Positions 37,141 to 45,275 of a stretch of DNA of 64,000 nt are shown here, piece after piece. The stretch lies in contig JAIECF010000230.1 of the NCBI GenBank assembly GCA_029068655.1, positions 6,382-70,381 on the forward strand. The letters are read 5' to 3'. The position numbers were made by a program, and so were the translations under genes. The first letter of the stretch is position 1, and every line of letters begins with the position of its first letter. Origin of the DNA: Muribaculaceae bacterium. GTDB lineage: Bacteria > Bacteroidota > Bacteroidia > Bacteroidales > Muribaculaceae. Below the pieces are notes generated by a model. That model was not told the origin of the DNA, made no database searches, and worked only from the letters and a program-made list of their open reading frames with translations.

Positions 37141-37541
37141 CGGGCAGGAGTATCTTTTATCCTCAAGGCGATCCCGAGCCGTCTCGCCTCGGCGATACAC
37201 TTTTCCTTCGTCAGGATATCGTCGATCCTGACACCCTTTTCACGCTGCAGGAAATCGGAAGCCTTGTCCAGATCAGGAAATTCCATTACTGTCGCCCCGG
37301 AAGCGGGAGTAGCGCTCCCCTTACGGACCTCCCCTCTCACAGAAATCCGTCCGATACGGAATGCAGGAGAACACTCGATCAAAGCCTGCACAACAGGATC
37401 GGAAGTCTCATAGGAAGCAGCGGTGGAAGCTCCGCCACAAAGGCATCCGCCCGTGAAAGACACCTGCACCCGTGTGCGTCCGGCCCTGAAGACAGGATGC
37501 CATTCCATCATTCCTTTCACTTCATATGTTTTTTTAGTCAT
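37137..37541 (-). CDS. Phage-like hypothetical protein downstream of the capsid gene
   Basis: 'KKTY...MEW...VSFTGG...YETSDP.VQALIE.S..F..GRI', recalled from Bacteroidales prophage head modules. Confidence 0.55.
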   Translation of the reverse strand: MTKKTYEVKGMMEWHPVFRAGRTRVQVSFTGGCLCGGASTAASYETSDPVVQALIECSPAFRIGRISVRGEVRKGSATPASGATVMEFPDLDKASDFLQREKGVRIDDILTKEKCIAEARRLGIALRIKDTPAR

Positions 37542-37604
37542 AAGTTGTGAGTTGTAAGTTTTAAGTTGAAAGTTTTAAGTTGGAGGAAGGAGGAGGATAT
37601 GCTG

Positions 37605-39050
37605 TCAAACCCGGATCTCACCGGCATATTCCTTCCACTCCCCGTCTGCATACGTCCACATAGTGCCGGAAGCGGCTCCAGCCGAGATGCCACAGCAGTC
37701 ACTTACAAGATAATAGATCACGCCTGCGACAGCTTCAGGCGCTTCATCGGAGTCCCACAGCCTCAGGCACTCATTGCCATCGCCACCCGACTCCCCTTCA
37801 CCGTCGATCCATATATGGCAGCTACCCTTCAGGGCAAGGGCGTCCCAGATAAGGATACCGCTACGCGACGCCTCGTGGCCTTCCATGCGGTCTTGAAAAC
37901 TGTGTTCGGCGCTATATACATAATGCACCAGGCGGTCCTCACCAATAAGAGCGCCGCTATGGCTCCAGCCAAGACGGTCGAGTGTCGGCTCCCGCTTGAT
38001 CTCTATGTCGCCGAAGACGGTGTGGAAATTCGTGACGCTCCATCCGATCGAATTGGTCTTCGTAGAGATCTGGATCTCCGGATGCCGTGAGAAATCGACG
38101 CACTGTATCTGCTCGAGAAGATCCTTGCCCGCAAGCAGAAGCGCGGTCTTGGGGACGTCTTCTCCTGTGAAGAACATTTTCGCGAGAGCGATGATCTTCT
38201 CAACTGTCCAGCGTCCGGAATGCTGCAGCTCACGCTTAAACTGCCATCTGATTCCCTCGGTGCTATAGACGGTCTGCATCCCGAGATTCGGAACATTGAC
38301 CCGGAACTTTCCTGCCCTGCCCGCCCAAAGAGTGCGGTTGCCGCGCACCTTGAAGTTAGCGATAGCCTGTTCGGCCACGATGGCCTTGGAGAACGGAGTG
38401 CGCTTGCGCTGGCTCTCGAAATAGTCGCTCACCACCTGATTCATGCCGCGCTTCTGGAGATAGACGCGAGTGGGCTGGGGCACTATCAGGTCGGGATCCA
38501 CCTCCTTCTGGGTCTCATAGAGCGAGTTGGCAAGAAGCACGAGCTTCGTGCCGCTGGAAACGGACGGCATAACCGACACCTCGTCGTCGGGCGAGTCTTT
38601 GCGCCCGTTGACAGCCCTGACAATAGGGCACCCGGTAGCGGCATCGTGTCCCATCACAAACACCATGAGAGACTTTCCGGGAGTAGTCTGCCTGCCGTCG
38701 GCATCATATCCGTCCACTCCCTTGACAAGGAGCGTAGTATACTGCCGGGGAAGGTTAGCCTCTCCCGGGCTGAGAGGGAGAATTACCTGAGCCTGTCCGC
38801 CTGTGATATCCGCCGTAGTGGTCAGCGTAGACTTAGGCTCGTCGATCATGAAATGGTCTACCTCGGGACTATTGACCTTGACACGCTTGGCGCGGAGCAT
38901 GAGGTTCATCAGAGGAGTGTCGTCGCTGTTGAAGCTGAAGAGCTGCTGATCGATATCAGGCTGTACGAAGTTTCCGGCATCGATGCCGCCGGTGGCATTG
39001 GCAAGCGCGCTCACTGTAGCGGGCTGCCCGGGTACGATTGATGTATTCAT
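37605..39050 (-). CDS. Probable phage major capsid protein (SU10/DUF5309-like)
   Basis: ~480 aa; 'DIDQQLF...DDTPLMNLM...KVNSPEVDHFMIDE', 'VYLQKRGMNQVVSDY' and 'TVFGDIEIKREPTLD' fit an HK97-fold capsid layout; follows an acidic scaffold-like gene and has a terminase nearby. Confidence 0.7.
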   Translation of the reverse strand: MNTSIVPGQPATVSALANATGGIDAGNFVQPDIDQQLFSFNSDDTPLMNLMLRAKRVKVNSPEVDHFMIDEPKSTLTTTADITGGQAQVILPLSPGEANLPRQYTTLLVKGVDGYDADGRQTTPGKSLMVFVMGHDAATGCPIVRAVNGRKDSPDDEVSVMPSVSSGTKLVLLANSLYETQKEVDPDLIVPQPTRVYLQKRGMNQVVSDYFESQRKRTPFSKAIVAEQAIANFKVRGNRTLWAGRAGKFRVNVPNLGMQTVYSTEGIRWQFKRELQHSGRWTVEKIIALAKMFFTGEDVPKTALLLAGKDLLEQIQCVDFSRHPEIQISTKTNSIGWSVTNFHTVFGDIEIKREPTLDRLGWSHSGALIGEDRLVHYVYSAEHSFQDRMEGHEASRSGILIWDALALKGSCHIWIDGEGESGGDGNECLRLWDSDEAPEAVAGVIYYLVSDCCGISAGAASGTMWTYADGEWKEYAGEIRV

Positions 39051-39097
39051 TGCTTTAGTCTGTGAGTTTTGAGTTGTAAAGTCGGTGGATTGGGAGA

Positions 39098-39511
39098 TCA
39101 AGCAAGGGCCGCGAGGTCGAAGATCGACCGGCAGGCATTAGATGATGACACTCCCGACGGAACGTCGTGTCGCCTTGAGGCCTCCACCTCGCTTATTATC
39201 TGGCGGATTGCTGCGTTGCGGTTGTCTCTTATGATCTCAAGCAGCGTCTCCGCCCCCATCTCCCCTACCATACGCTGAAGCTCGGCTTCAGCTGAGTTGC
39301 CGCCACTGCCGGGGACTTCAGCACTATCAGGGCTTTCAGATCTATCCGGCTCTTCGGATGGCCCGCATGGCTCCGGACTTTCGGGAACTGCCGGATTCTC
39401 CGCTTCTTCAGGAGCTACTGGTGCCTCCTCGCCTACCGGTTGCGGTCCGTGAGGGTCAGAGCCCTCGATGTCGTAGATGATGTCTTCTTCCATTTTTTCT
39501 GTTTTTAGCAT
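39098..39511 (-). CDS. Acidic, Pro-rich putative scaffold-like protein
   Basis: Disordered E/P/S-rich N-terminus, helical middle and C-terminal 'SIFDLAALA'; immediately upstream of the capsid gene. Alternative start 39493. Confidence 0.5.
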   Translation of the reverse strand: MLKTEKMEEDIIYDIEGSDPHGPQPVGEEAPVAPEEAENPAVPESPEPCGPSEEPDRSESPDSAEVPGSGGNSAEAELQRMVGEMGAETLLEIIRDNRNAAIRQIISEVEASRRHDVPSGVSSSNACRSIFDLAALA

Positions 39512-39520
39512 TTACGGTTG

Positions 39521-39528
39521 CAAAATTA
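39521..39528 (-). promoter_or_regulatory. -7 box TAATTTTG upstream of the scaffold/capsid operon
   Basis: Forward CAAAATTA at 39521-39528 reads TAATTTTG on the minus strand. Confidence 0.5.
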
Positions 39529-39665
39529 CCGCCTCCGATTCAGCGCCACCCCTTATTCTGATAAATAGCTGAAAGATTTTTAACCGAATTAAATTGTTTT
39601 GGCGAGTTTTTTGTTGTATCTTTGTGGAGGATTGGAGAAAAAGGCTTAATTTTGCTTAAACGACA

Positions 39666-41114
39666 ATGGAAAACAATAGCGCGAAGGTCTTGGACGAGAC
39701 CACCAACAGTGAATATAAATACGGGTTCACGACCGACATCGACACAGATATCGTCCCCCCGGGTCTTTCCGAAGACGTGATCCGATACATCTCAGAGAAG
39801 AAAGGGGAGCCCGACTGGCTCCTTGATTTCCGTCTCAAGGCCTACCGCCACTGGCTTACGCTCAAGATGCCTGACTGGGCGCACCTCGACATCCCCGAGA
39901 TAGACTATCAGGCCATAAGCTATTACGCCGCCCCGAAAAAGAAGGAGCTCAAGAAGAGCCTCGATGAAGTGGATCCCGAACTCATCGACACCTTCAACAA
40001 GCTCGGCATCTCGCTTGAGGAACAGAAGCATCTCGCCGGGGTGGCCGTAGACGCCGTGATGGACTCCGTCAGCGTAAAGACCACCCACCGCGAGAAGCTC
40101 GCCGAACTCGGAGTAATCTTCTGCTCCTTCTCAGAAGCCGTGAAGGATTATCCCGATCTCGTCAGGAAATATCTCGGAAGCGTAGTAAGCTACCGTGATA
40201 ATTTCTTCGCCGCGCTCAACTCGGCGGTCTTCTCCGACGGATCATTCGTATATATCCCCAAGGGTGTGCGCTGCCCGATGGAACTCTCCACCTATTTCCG
40301 AATCAACGCCGCGGGCACAGGCCAGTTCGAGCGTACGCTAATCGTAGCCGACGACGACGCATATGTCTCATACCTCGAGGGATGTACGGCTCCTATGCGC
40401 GATGAAAACCAGCTCCATGCCGCTATCGTGGAAATAATAGTGGAAGAACGCGCCGAAGTGAAATACTCCACAGTACAGAACTGGTATGCGGGCGACAAGG
40501 ATGGAAAGGGAGGCATCTACAACTTCGTGACCAAACGCGCCCTCTGCCGCGGACATAGGTCGAAGGTGAGCTGGACACAGGTGGAGACCGGCTCTGCAAT
40601 CACCTGGAAATACCCCTCCTGCATCCTGAAGGGCGACGAGAGCATAGGTGAGTTCTATTCAGTAGCCGTGACCAACAATCATCAGCAAGCCGATACAGGC
40701 ACCAAGATGATACATCTCGGCAAGAACTCCAAATCGACCATCGTCAGCAAAGGAATCTCGGCAGGGCTCTCGCAAAACAGTTACCGTGGCGGAGTCAAAG
40801 TGGCGGCAAAGGCCACAGGCTGCAGAAACTTCACACAGTGCGACTCCCTGCTCCTCGGCGACAGATGCGGAGCGCACACATTCCCTTACATAGACGTGGC
40901 CAACAATGCCTCAACCGTGGAGCACGAGGCCACAACATCCAAAATCAACGAGGCGCAGCTCTTCTACTGCCAGCAGCGCGGCATCCCGATGGAGGAGGCC
41001 GTTGCCCTGATAGTAAACGGATACGCCAAGGAAGTCATGAACAAGTTGCCGATGGAATTCGCCGTCGAGGCCCAGAAACTGCTGCAGATCACCCTCGAGG
41101 GGTCGGTAGGATAA
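39666..41114 (+). CDS. sufB: Fe-S cluster assembly protein SufB
   Basis: 'EYKYGF', '[10 protein letters not shown]', 'GQFERTLI', 'TWKYPS' and 'EHEATTSKI'; promoter box TATCTTTG at 39617. Confidence 0.95.
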   Translation: MENNSAKVLDETTNSEYKYGFTTDIDTDIVPPGLSEDVIRYISEKKGEPDWLLDFRLKAYRHWLTLKMPDWAHLDIPEIDYQAISYYAAPKKKELKKSLDEVDPELIDTFNKLGISLEEQKHLAGVAVDAVMDSVSVKTTHREKLAELGVIFCSFSEAVKDYPDLVRKYLGSVVSYRDNFFAALNSAVFSDGSFVYIPKGVRCPMELSTYFRINAAGTGQFERTLIVADDDAYVSYLEGCTAPMRDENQLHAAIVEIIVEERAEVKYSTVQNWYAGDKDGKGGIYNFVTKRALCRGHRSKVSWTQVETGSAITWKYPSCILKGDESIGEFYSVAVTNNHQQADTGTKMIHLGKNSKSTIVSKGISAGLSQNSYRGGVKVAAKATGCRNFTQCDSLLLGDRCGAHTFPYIDVANNASTVEHEATTSKINEAQLFYCQQRGIPMEEAVALIVNGYAKEVMNKLPMEFAVEAQKLLQITLEGSVG

Positions 41115-41123
41115 TCCCTTCAA

Positions 41124-41278
41124 TGCATAATTCTCAATGCATAATTCATAATTGGCTACGCAATACCATTACATAACCATGTTCCGCATCACGTCAAAGG
41201 TACTGCTATGTCAAAGACTTATGAATTGGGTATTATGAATTGACCGAGGATTATGCATTATGAATTATGAATTATGAA
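41124..41278. repeat. Inverted heptamer element (TKCATAA)n ... GGCTACGCAATACCA ... (TTATGMA)n
   Basis: Left arm 41124-41151, right arm 41251-41278; a compact second copy lies at 42247-42303. Confidence 0.75.
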
Positions 41279-41290
41279 TTAAAATAAACC

Positions 41291-42253
41291 GTGAACGAAA
41301 GAACAGTAATAATATCACAGATAGATCCCCATACATTCTACGGGGTGAACAATAACAACGTAAACCTCATCCGCAACCTATTTCCGAAGCTGCGCGTCGC
41401 CGCGCGCGGCAACGTCATCAAGGTGATAGGAGAGGAAAGCGAGACCCTCGACTTCGAGGAGAAGATCCATAAGATCGAGGACTACGCAGTGAAATACAAC
41501 AAACTGACGGAAGACGTAATCATAGACATCATAAAGGGAGATGCTCCGAAGGCAATCGACTCGGAAGGTGTGATAATCTTCGGACAGAACGGGCGTCCGA
41601 TCTCTCCGCGCAACGCCAACCAGGCAAAGATGGTGAAGTCGTTTGCCGAAAATGATCTGACTTTCGCTCTCGGCCCCGCCGGAACGGGCAAGACCTACAT
41701 CGCGATCGCACTCGCCGTAGCGGCTCTCAAGAACCGACAGTGCCGCAGAATACTACTTTCCCGTCCTGCTGTAGAAGCCGGAGAGAAACTCGGTTTCCTC
41801 CCGGGCGACATGAAGGACAAGATCGACCCGTATCTGCGTCCGCTCTACGACGCCCTCGAAGACATGATTCCGCAGGTGAAGCTTAAGGAATACATGGAGA
41901 CCGACACGATCCAGATCGCACCGCTCGCATTCATGCGAGGCCGGACACTCAACGACGCAATAATCATCCTTGACGAAGCGCAGAACACCACTAAGCATCA
42001 GATGAAGATGTTTCTAACCCGCCTCGGCCACAACGCCAAGATGATCGTCACCGGCGACACGACGCAGATCGACCTTCCCCGCACCATGCAGAGCGGACTG
42101 ATACAGGCGCTGCGCATCCTGCGCGGAGTAAAGGGTATCGGAATAATCGAATACGAGAAAAAAGATATCGTAAGGCATCCCCTCGTGCAACGAATAGTCG
42201 ACGCCTACGAGAAGCGAGAGAATGAGGAACCTGAGAATGAAGAAAATTCATAA
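41291..42253 (+). CDS. phoH: PhoH family ATPase
   Basis: 'GPAGTGKT', 'RPAVEAGEKLGFLPG', 'MRGRTL' and 'DEAQN'. Confidence 0.95.
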   Translation: MNERTVIISQIDPHTFYGVNNNNVNLIRNLFPKLRVAARGNVIKVIGEESETLDFEEKIHKIEDYAVKYNKLTEDVIIDIIKGDAPKAIDSEGVIIFGQNGRPISPRNANQAKMVKSFAENDLTFALGPAGTGKTYIAIALAVAALKNRQCRRILLSRPAVEAGEKLGFLPGDMKDKIDPYLRPLYDALEDMIPQVKLKEYMETDTIQIAPLAFMRGRTLNDAIIILDEAQNTTKHQMKMFLTRLGHNAKMIVTGDTTQIDLPRTMQSGLIQALRILRGVKGIGIIEYEKKDIVRHPLVQRIVDAYEKRENEEPENEENS

Positions 42254-42303
42254 TTCATAATGCATAATCGGCTACGCATTACCAATGCATTATGAATTAT
42301 GAA
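42247..42303. repeat. Second inverted heptamer element with GGCTACGCATTACCA core
   Basis: ttcataa ttcataa tgcataa tc ggctacgcattacca atgca ttatgaa ttatgaa. Confidence 0.75.
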
Positions 42304-42326
42304 TCATGATGATATAATTACGAATT

Positions 42327-42773
42327 ATGAATCATGAATTGAAAGATAAATGGTGGAGCTACCCGGCTGAAAGTGAAGAAGGCAAGACTATAATCATCAC
42401 GGGCCGCGACGGGATAGAGAAATGGCAGCGACCGGGAAAATTTCCGGTCAGGGTGACCGTAAGCTGGGACTATGCTCCGAAGCCTGATGGAATGCCCTCC
42501 GATACCGATTCCGAACTCATGGAACAGGCCACTGACGCGCTGCTCGACGAGTTCGGCAAGGACAAATGTGCGGTAATGACAGGAATCTACACAGGTGCAG
42601 GAAGACGCGACTGGGTCTTCTACACCCACAGCCTCAACATTTTCGGCAAGGTCTTCAACAGAGCCCTCGCCGCACTTCCGGAGATGCCACTCAAGTTCGA
42701 CGCGGAAGAAGACCCGGACTGGGAGGAATACAGAGACATGCGCGAGTCCACATATGTCCCGGACGAAGACTAA
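42327..42773 (+). CDS. DUF695 family protein
   Basis: 'GMP...MTGIYTGAGRRDWVFY...EEDPDWEEY'. Confidence 0.75.
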   Translation: MNHELKDKWWSYPAESEEGKTIIITGRDGIEKWQRPGKFPVRVTVSWDYAPKPDGMPSDTDSELMEQATDALLDEFGKDKCAVMTGIYTGAGRRDWVFYTHSLNIFGKVFNRALAALPEMPLKFDAEEDPDWEEYRDMRESTYVPDED

Positions 42774-42791
42774 TCATAACGCAAAAACACA

Positions 42792-43802
42792 ATGAAAAGA
42801 GTACTGATAGTAGGAGCCGGCGGATTTCTCGGTTCCCATCTCCTGGAAAAGGGGGTCGGCATGCCGGACCTCGAGGTCTATGCCGGCGTGAGGGCCAGCA
42901 CTTCGGACAAATGGTTTCCAAAGTCGGGAGTGATCCGCGTGAATTTCGACTTCGAGGATGCCGCCGATGTGGAGCGGGTGCTGACAACCACACTCCCGGC
43001 CGGTGAACGCTGGGACTGGATCGTCTACAATCTCGGAGCCACGAAATGCTTACGCTACAAGGAGTTCGATCATATAAACCACGATCTTCTGCGCACTTTC
43101 ATAGAATCTCTCGAGCACACATCAATGATGCCTGAGAAGTTTCTTTACATCAGTTCCCTCTCGGCCATGGGGCCGGGCGACATCCGCTCCTACACTCCTT
43201 TCAACGAGTCGATGATCCCTCAGCCCAACACCCGCTACGGAGCCTCCAAACTGAAAGCGGAGATGCTTCTTCAGATGCATGCAGTGCCCTACATCATCTT
43301 CCGCTGCACCGGCATCTACGGGCCGCGCGACCATGATTATTTCCTCATGTTTGACGCCATGAGAAAGGGATTTGACTTTTCGGTAGGATTCCGCAAACAG
43401 CTTCTGACATTCATCTACGCCCCCGACCTCGCCGAGGCGGTGTTTGCCGCCCTTGAGAAAGCGCCGGTGAAAGAGATATTCAACATCGCTGAGCCAAGAG
43501 CGTATTCACAGGCTGAATTCAGGCGCATCGCCGCGGCAAAGCTCGGCAAGAAACTGGTGGTGCCCGTAAAGGTGCCACTCTGGGGCACGAGGGCAGTGTC
43601 ATGGATAGCAGAGAAGATCGGAGTGATGCGTGGAAAACCATCGACACTCAACACAGACAAATACAACATAATGAAGCAACGTAACTGGAGCGCCGACACA
43701 CGCAAGGCCCGCGAGGCATTCGGATTCTCGGCCCCGACTCCGCTCGCCACCGGCGTCTCGGAGAGCATAGACTGGTATAAACAGGAAGGATGGATGAAAT
43801 AA
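42792..43802 (+). CDS. NAD-dependent epimerase/dehydratase (extended SDR)
   Basis: 'GAGGFLG', 'YGASK' and 'IYGP'. Confidence 0.9.
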   Translation: MKRVLIVGAGGFLGSHLLEKGVGMPDLEVYAGVRASTSDKWFPKSGVIRVNFDFEDAADVERVLTTTLPAGERWDWIVYNLGATKCLRYKEFDHINHDLLRTFIESLEHTSMMPEKFLYISSLSAMGPGDIRSYTPFNESMIPQPNTRYGASKLKAEMLLQMHAVPYIIFRCTGIYGPRDHDYFLMFDAMRKGFDFSVGFRKQLLTFIYAPDLAEAVFAALEKAPVKEIFNIAEPRAYSQAEFRRIAAAKLGKKLVVPVKVPLWGTRAVSWIAEKIGVMRGKPSTLNTDKYNIMKQRNWSADTRKAREAFGFSAPTPLATGVSESIDWYKQEGWMK

Positions 43803-44500
43803 CAGCACCCGAAATGCTCGAAAGCCAGGCTTCGAGCTGGATCTACGTGATACTCTTCACCGTGTTTTTCCTCACCTGCATAAGAGTGAGGGGAAACTTC
43901 AAGTTTCTCGGAGCCTTCTTCCGCGATCTCGCCGTGGTGCGCGAGCGTGAGAACCTGTTTGACGCCACGATGAAGGAGACCTCCTTCATCTTCCTCGTGC
44001 TGCTCCTCTCAGGATGCAGCATCGGCGTGCTCCTCTGCAAGGCAGTACCGCTCTTCGGCGCTGACCTGCCGATCAGGGCCGATATCCCCGCTCCCGGCTT
44101 CACAATAGGGGGTGAGCTTCTGTCTACCATAGTGTGCATGGCTATAGCCTGCGGATATATCGGGGCTATGTGGGTATGCTACACGGTGGTAGGGAAGGTC
44201 TTCAGCGATACTCTCCACACATGGCTCTGGGTGCGCGGCTTCACTGCCGGCACGGGACTCGGGGCAGCCGTCTTCTTCCCCCTCGCCCTTCTCGCACTTA
44301 CATATCCCGACTATACTCTACATATAGTGGCAGCAGGCTTCGTGATGTTAATTTTAGTGAAATTTCTCTTTATCGTCAAGGGTTTCCGAATTTTTTTCAC
44401 TGAAAGTTCGCTCTGGGTCGTTTTTTTGTATTATCTTTGCAGTCTGGAAATAGTCCCCCTGGTGATTACTTTCGGCCTTGCATGCGCACTGCTTGGCTAA
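43790..44500 (+). CDS. DUF4271 membrane protein
   Basis: Multi-TM; C-terminal 'FLYYLCSLEIVP'; upstream of hemD as in other Bacteroidales. Confidence 0.8.
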   Translation: MDEITAPEMLESQASSWIYVILFTVFFLTCIRVRGNFKFLGAFFRDLAVVRERENLFDATMKETSFIFLVLLLSGCSIGVLLCKAVPLFGADLPIRADIPAPGFTIGGELLSTIVCMAIACGYIGAMWVCYTVVGKVFSDTLHTWLWVRGFTAGTGLGAAVFFPLALLALTYPDYTLHIVAAGFVMLILVKFLFIVKGFRIFFTESSLWVVFLYYLCSLEIVPLVITFGLACALLG

Positions 44501-44504
44501 AACA

Positions 44505-45275
44505 ATGAAAAACAAGATGATTAAGAAGATATTGGTTTCACAGCCGCAACCGGCATCGGGCAAAAGCCCCTACTATGACATAGCGGAAAAGTTCGGAGTG
44601 GAAGTAATCTTCCGTTCGATGATAAAAGTCGAAGGACTCACGGCAAAGGAGTTCCGTCAGGAAAAGCTAAATCTCGCCGACTATACCGCTATCATTTTCA
44701 CGTCGCGAACAGCTGTCGACAATTACTTCCGCCTCTGCGAAGAGTCGAGAGTAAGCGTTCCCGACACCATGCGCTACGTATGCACCACCGAGCAAGTGGC
44801 GCACTACCTCCAGAAATACATTGTCTACCGCAAGCGCAAGATAGCTTTCGGCACCACCGGCAAGCTCAACGATCCGCAGTTTGTAGCAGCCGTAAACAAG
44901 ATAAAGAAGGAGAAATTCCTGATGCCCGTCAGCGATGTCAATAAGGAAGACACGAGCGCCATCGAAGCTCTCGGAATCGACCTTACGAAGTCGGTAATGT
45001 TCCGCACGCTGACCAACGACTTTACACCCGACGAACCGTTTGACTACGATGTGCTCCTATTCTTCTCACCCTCCGGAATCACATCGCTCAAGAAGAACTT
45101 CCCCGATTTCGACCAGGAGACCAACGGGAAATATATAGGCACTTTCGGCCCCACTACAGCCAAAGCCGTGGAGGATGCCGGACTCCGCCTCGACTTCAAG
45201 GCTCCATCGCCGGAAAACCCATCCATGACCTCGGCTCTTGAGAAATTTCTCGAATCCAAGATGAACAGACAGTGA
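44505..45275 (+). CDS. hemD: Uroporphyrinogen-III synthase
   Basis: 'KKILVSQP.P...SPY', 'IIFTSRTAVD', 'FFSPSG' and 'FGPTTA'. Confidence 0.85.
   Translation: MKNKMIKKILVSQPQPASGKSPYYDIAEKFGVEVIFRSMIKVEGLTAKEFRQEKLNLADYTAIIFTSRTAVDNYFRLCEESRVSVPDTMRYVCTTEQVAHYLQKYIVYRKRKIAFGTTGKLNDPQFVAAVNKIKKEKFLMPVSDVNKEDTSAIEALGIDLTKSVMFRTLTNDFTPDEPFDYDVLLFFSPSGITSLKKNFPDFDQETNGKYIGTFGPTTAKAVEDAGLRLDFKAPSPENPSMTSALEKFLESKMNRQ

Noticed and set aside
25761-39511. Intact inducible prophage
   Set aside because: The genes are interrupted by dnaX and other core genes, and no integrase, att repeats, portal, replication or lysis genes are recognisable in the window.
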